Assembly (NCBI GenBank): GCA_031285625.1
Contig: JAITVV010000063.1
Location: 64,001 to 128,000, forward strand
Length of the DNA: 64,000 bases
Origin: Prevotella sp.
GTDB taxonomy: Bacteria > Bacteroidota > Bacteroidia > Bacteroidales > Dysgonomonadaceae
Direction of reading: 5' to 3'
Shown one piece after another: positions 63,289 through 64,000 of the stretch. The notes beneath the pieces were generated by a model. That model ran no database searches. It worked only from the letters and a program-made list of their open reading frames with translations, and was not told the DNA's origin. The position numbers and the translations under genes are program-made. How positions within the stretch are numbered: position 1 is the first letter of the stretch; each line of letters starts with the position of its first letter.

Positions 63289-64000
63289 CTATCTTACATA
63301 AATTACATCTCCCTCCCTTGTATAAGACATAGGTGTAGATAAGGATAAATTATCTAAAACGGTTTCTATAGGTTCTTTAAGGTCTATCTTTCCTTTATAT
63401 TTTTCAAGAGCAAATCTCTGGCTACATTGAATATCTAGACCATAGTAACGAGACAGCCTTTTCATTATAATATCCAATGATTCTCCATTGAGCTGCATAA
63501 TATTGTCTTTCCAACATGTATATGGATATGTATCAATATTTTTTATGCTACTAATTCCGTTTTCAGTAAAAAAACCCTGATTAGGAAGAAGCTTTCCTTT
63601 AGATGACCCTGCTGTTACTTCCACAGCTCCTGTTACTAAAACAACCGAATTTTCATTATCGCTGCTATACGCACTAATATTAAACTGTGTGCCAAGAACT
63701 TGCACACTAAATCCTTTTGTATGTACTAGAAATGGCCTCTTTTCATCTTTTGCTACATCCAGATAAGCTTCTCCATCTATTACAATTTCCCTGTTTTCTT
63801 CACTAAAGATTTTAGGATAAACTATTTTTGTACCGGAATTAACCCAGATAGCTGATCCATCGCTAAGCTTCACGGTTGTCCTTCTTCCCTTTGGTACAAC
63901 TACCGTCACATATTCAGCTTTTATACTGGACGACTCCATCTTTTGCTCTTTACCAACCAGCAAGCCTCCTTCTACTGTTTGTTCTATTGTTTCATCGTTA
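63289..64000 (-). CDS. fecR: FecR-family anti-sigma factor (partial; 5' end beyond the window)
   Basis: VP.G....V.LSDGS.IWVNSGT.I.YP..F, GEAY.DVAKD..RPF.V, V.VLGT.FN; frame open to the window edge. Confidence 0.9.
   Translation of the reverse strand, partial: NDETIEQTVEGGLLVGKEQKMESSSIKAEYVTVVVPKGRRTTVKLSDGSAIWVNSGTKIVYPKIFSEENREIVIDGEAYLDVAKDEKRPFLVHTKGFSVQVLGTQFNISAYSSDNENSVVLVTGAVEVTAGSSKGKLLPNQGFFTENGISSIKNIDTYPYTCWKDNIMQLNGESLDIIMKRLSRYYGLDIQCSQRFALEKYKGKIDLKEPIETVLDNLSLSTPMSYTREGDVIYVR

Overview
A 64-kb chromosomal window from a Bacteroidales bacterium. Gene families and TAnnTTTG promoters point to Dysgonomonas or a close relative (inference). Left to right: a minus-strand run dut-TPR-DUF4292-envC-fdtA-like-GNAT; ribH; tRNA-Tyr and tRNA-Gly; a thioesterase; an OmpR/HK two-component system with a PepSY-like gene; a mannoside polysaccharide-utilisation locus (Ser-type sulfatase, DUF3823, SusD, SusC, two GH92, a frameshifted GH38-like gene, ROK kinase, MFS, M6P isomerase, GntR) whose four promoter regions share an ATGT-N4-ACAT palindrome; rhaBATD with a Tat oxidoreductase and AraC regulator; an orphan T6SS spike cassette (vgrG with an in-frame amber stop, an unknown putative effector, two paralogous membrane-anchored putative immunity genes, a DUF4280 PAAR-like gene); two beta-propeller lipoproteins; tRNA-Gln; tyrS; two tandem paralogous secreted fibre-like proteins abutting an HTH gene; murF; cysK-metY; and a FecR-SusC(frameshifted)-SusD locus with a predicted DonS-like antisense RNA. 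No CRISPR, rRNA, integrase or transposase was seen. The best novelty candidates are the vgrG cassette with an unrecognised effector/immunity family and the fibre-like protein pair with its HTH gene. All product calls come from motif recognition by eye; no database searches were run.
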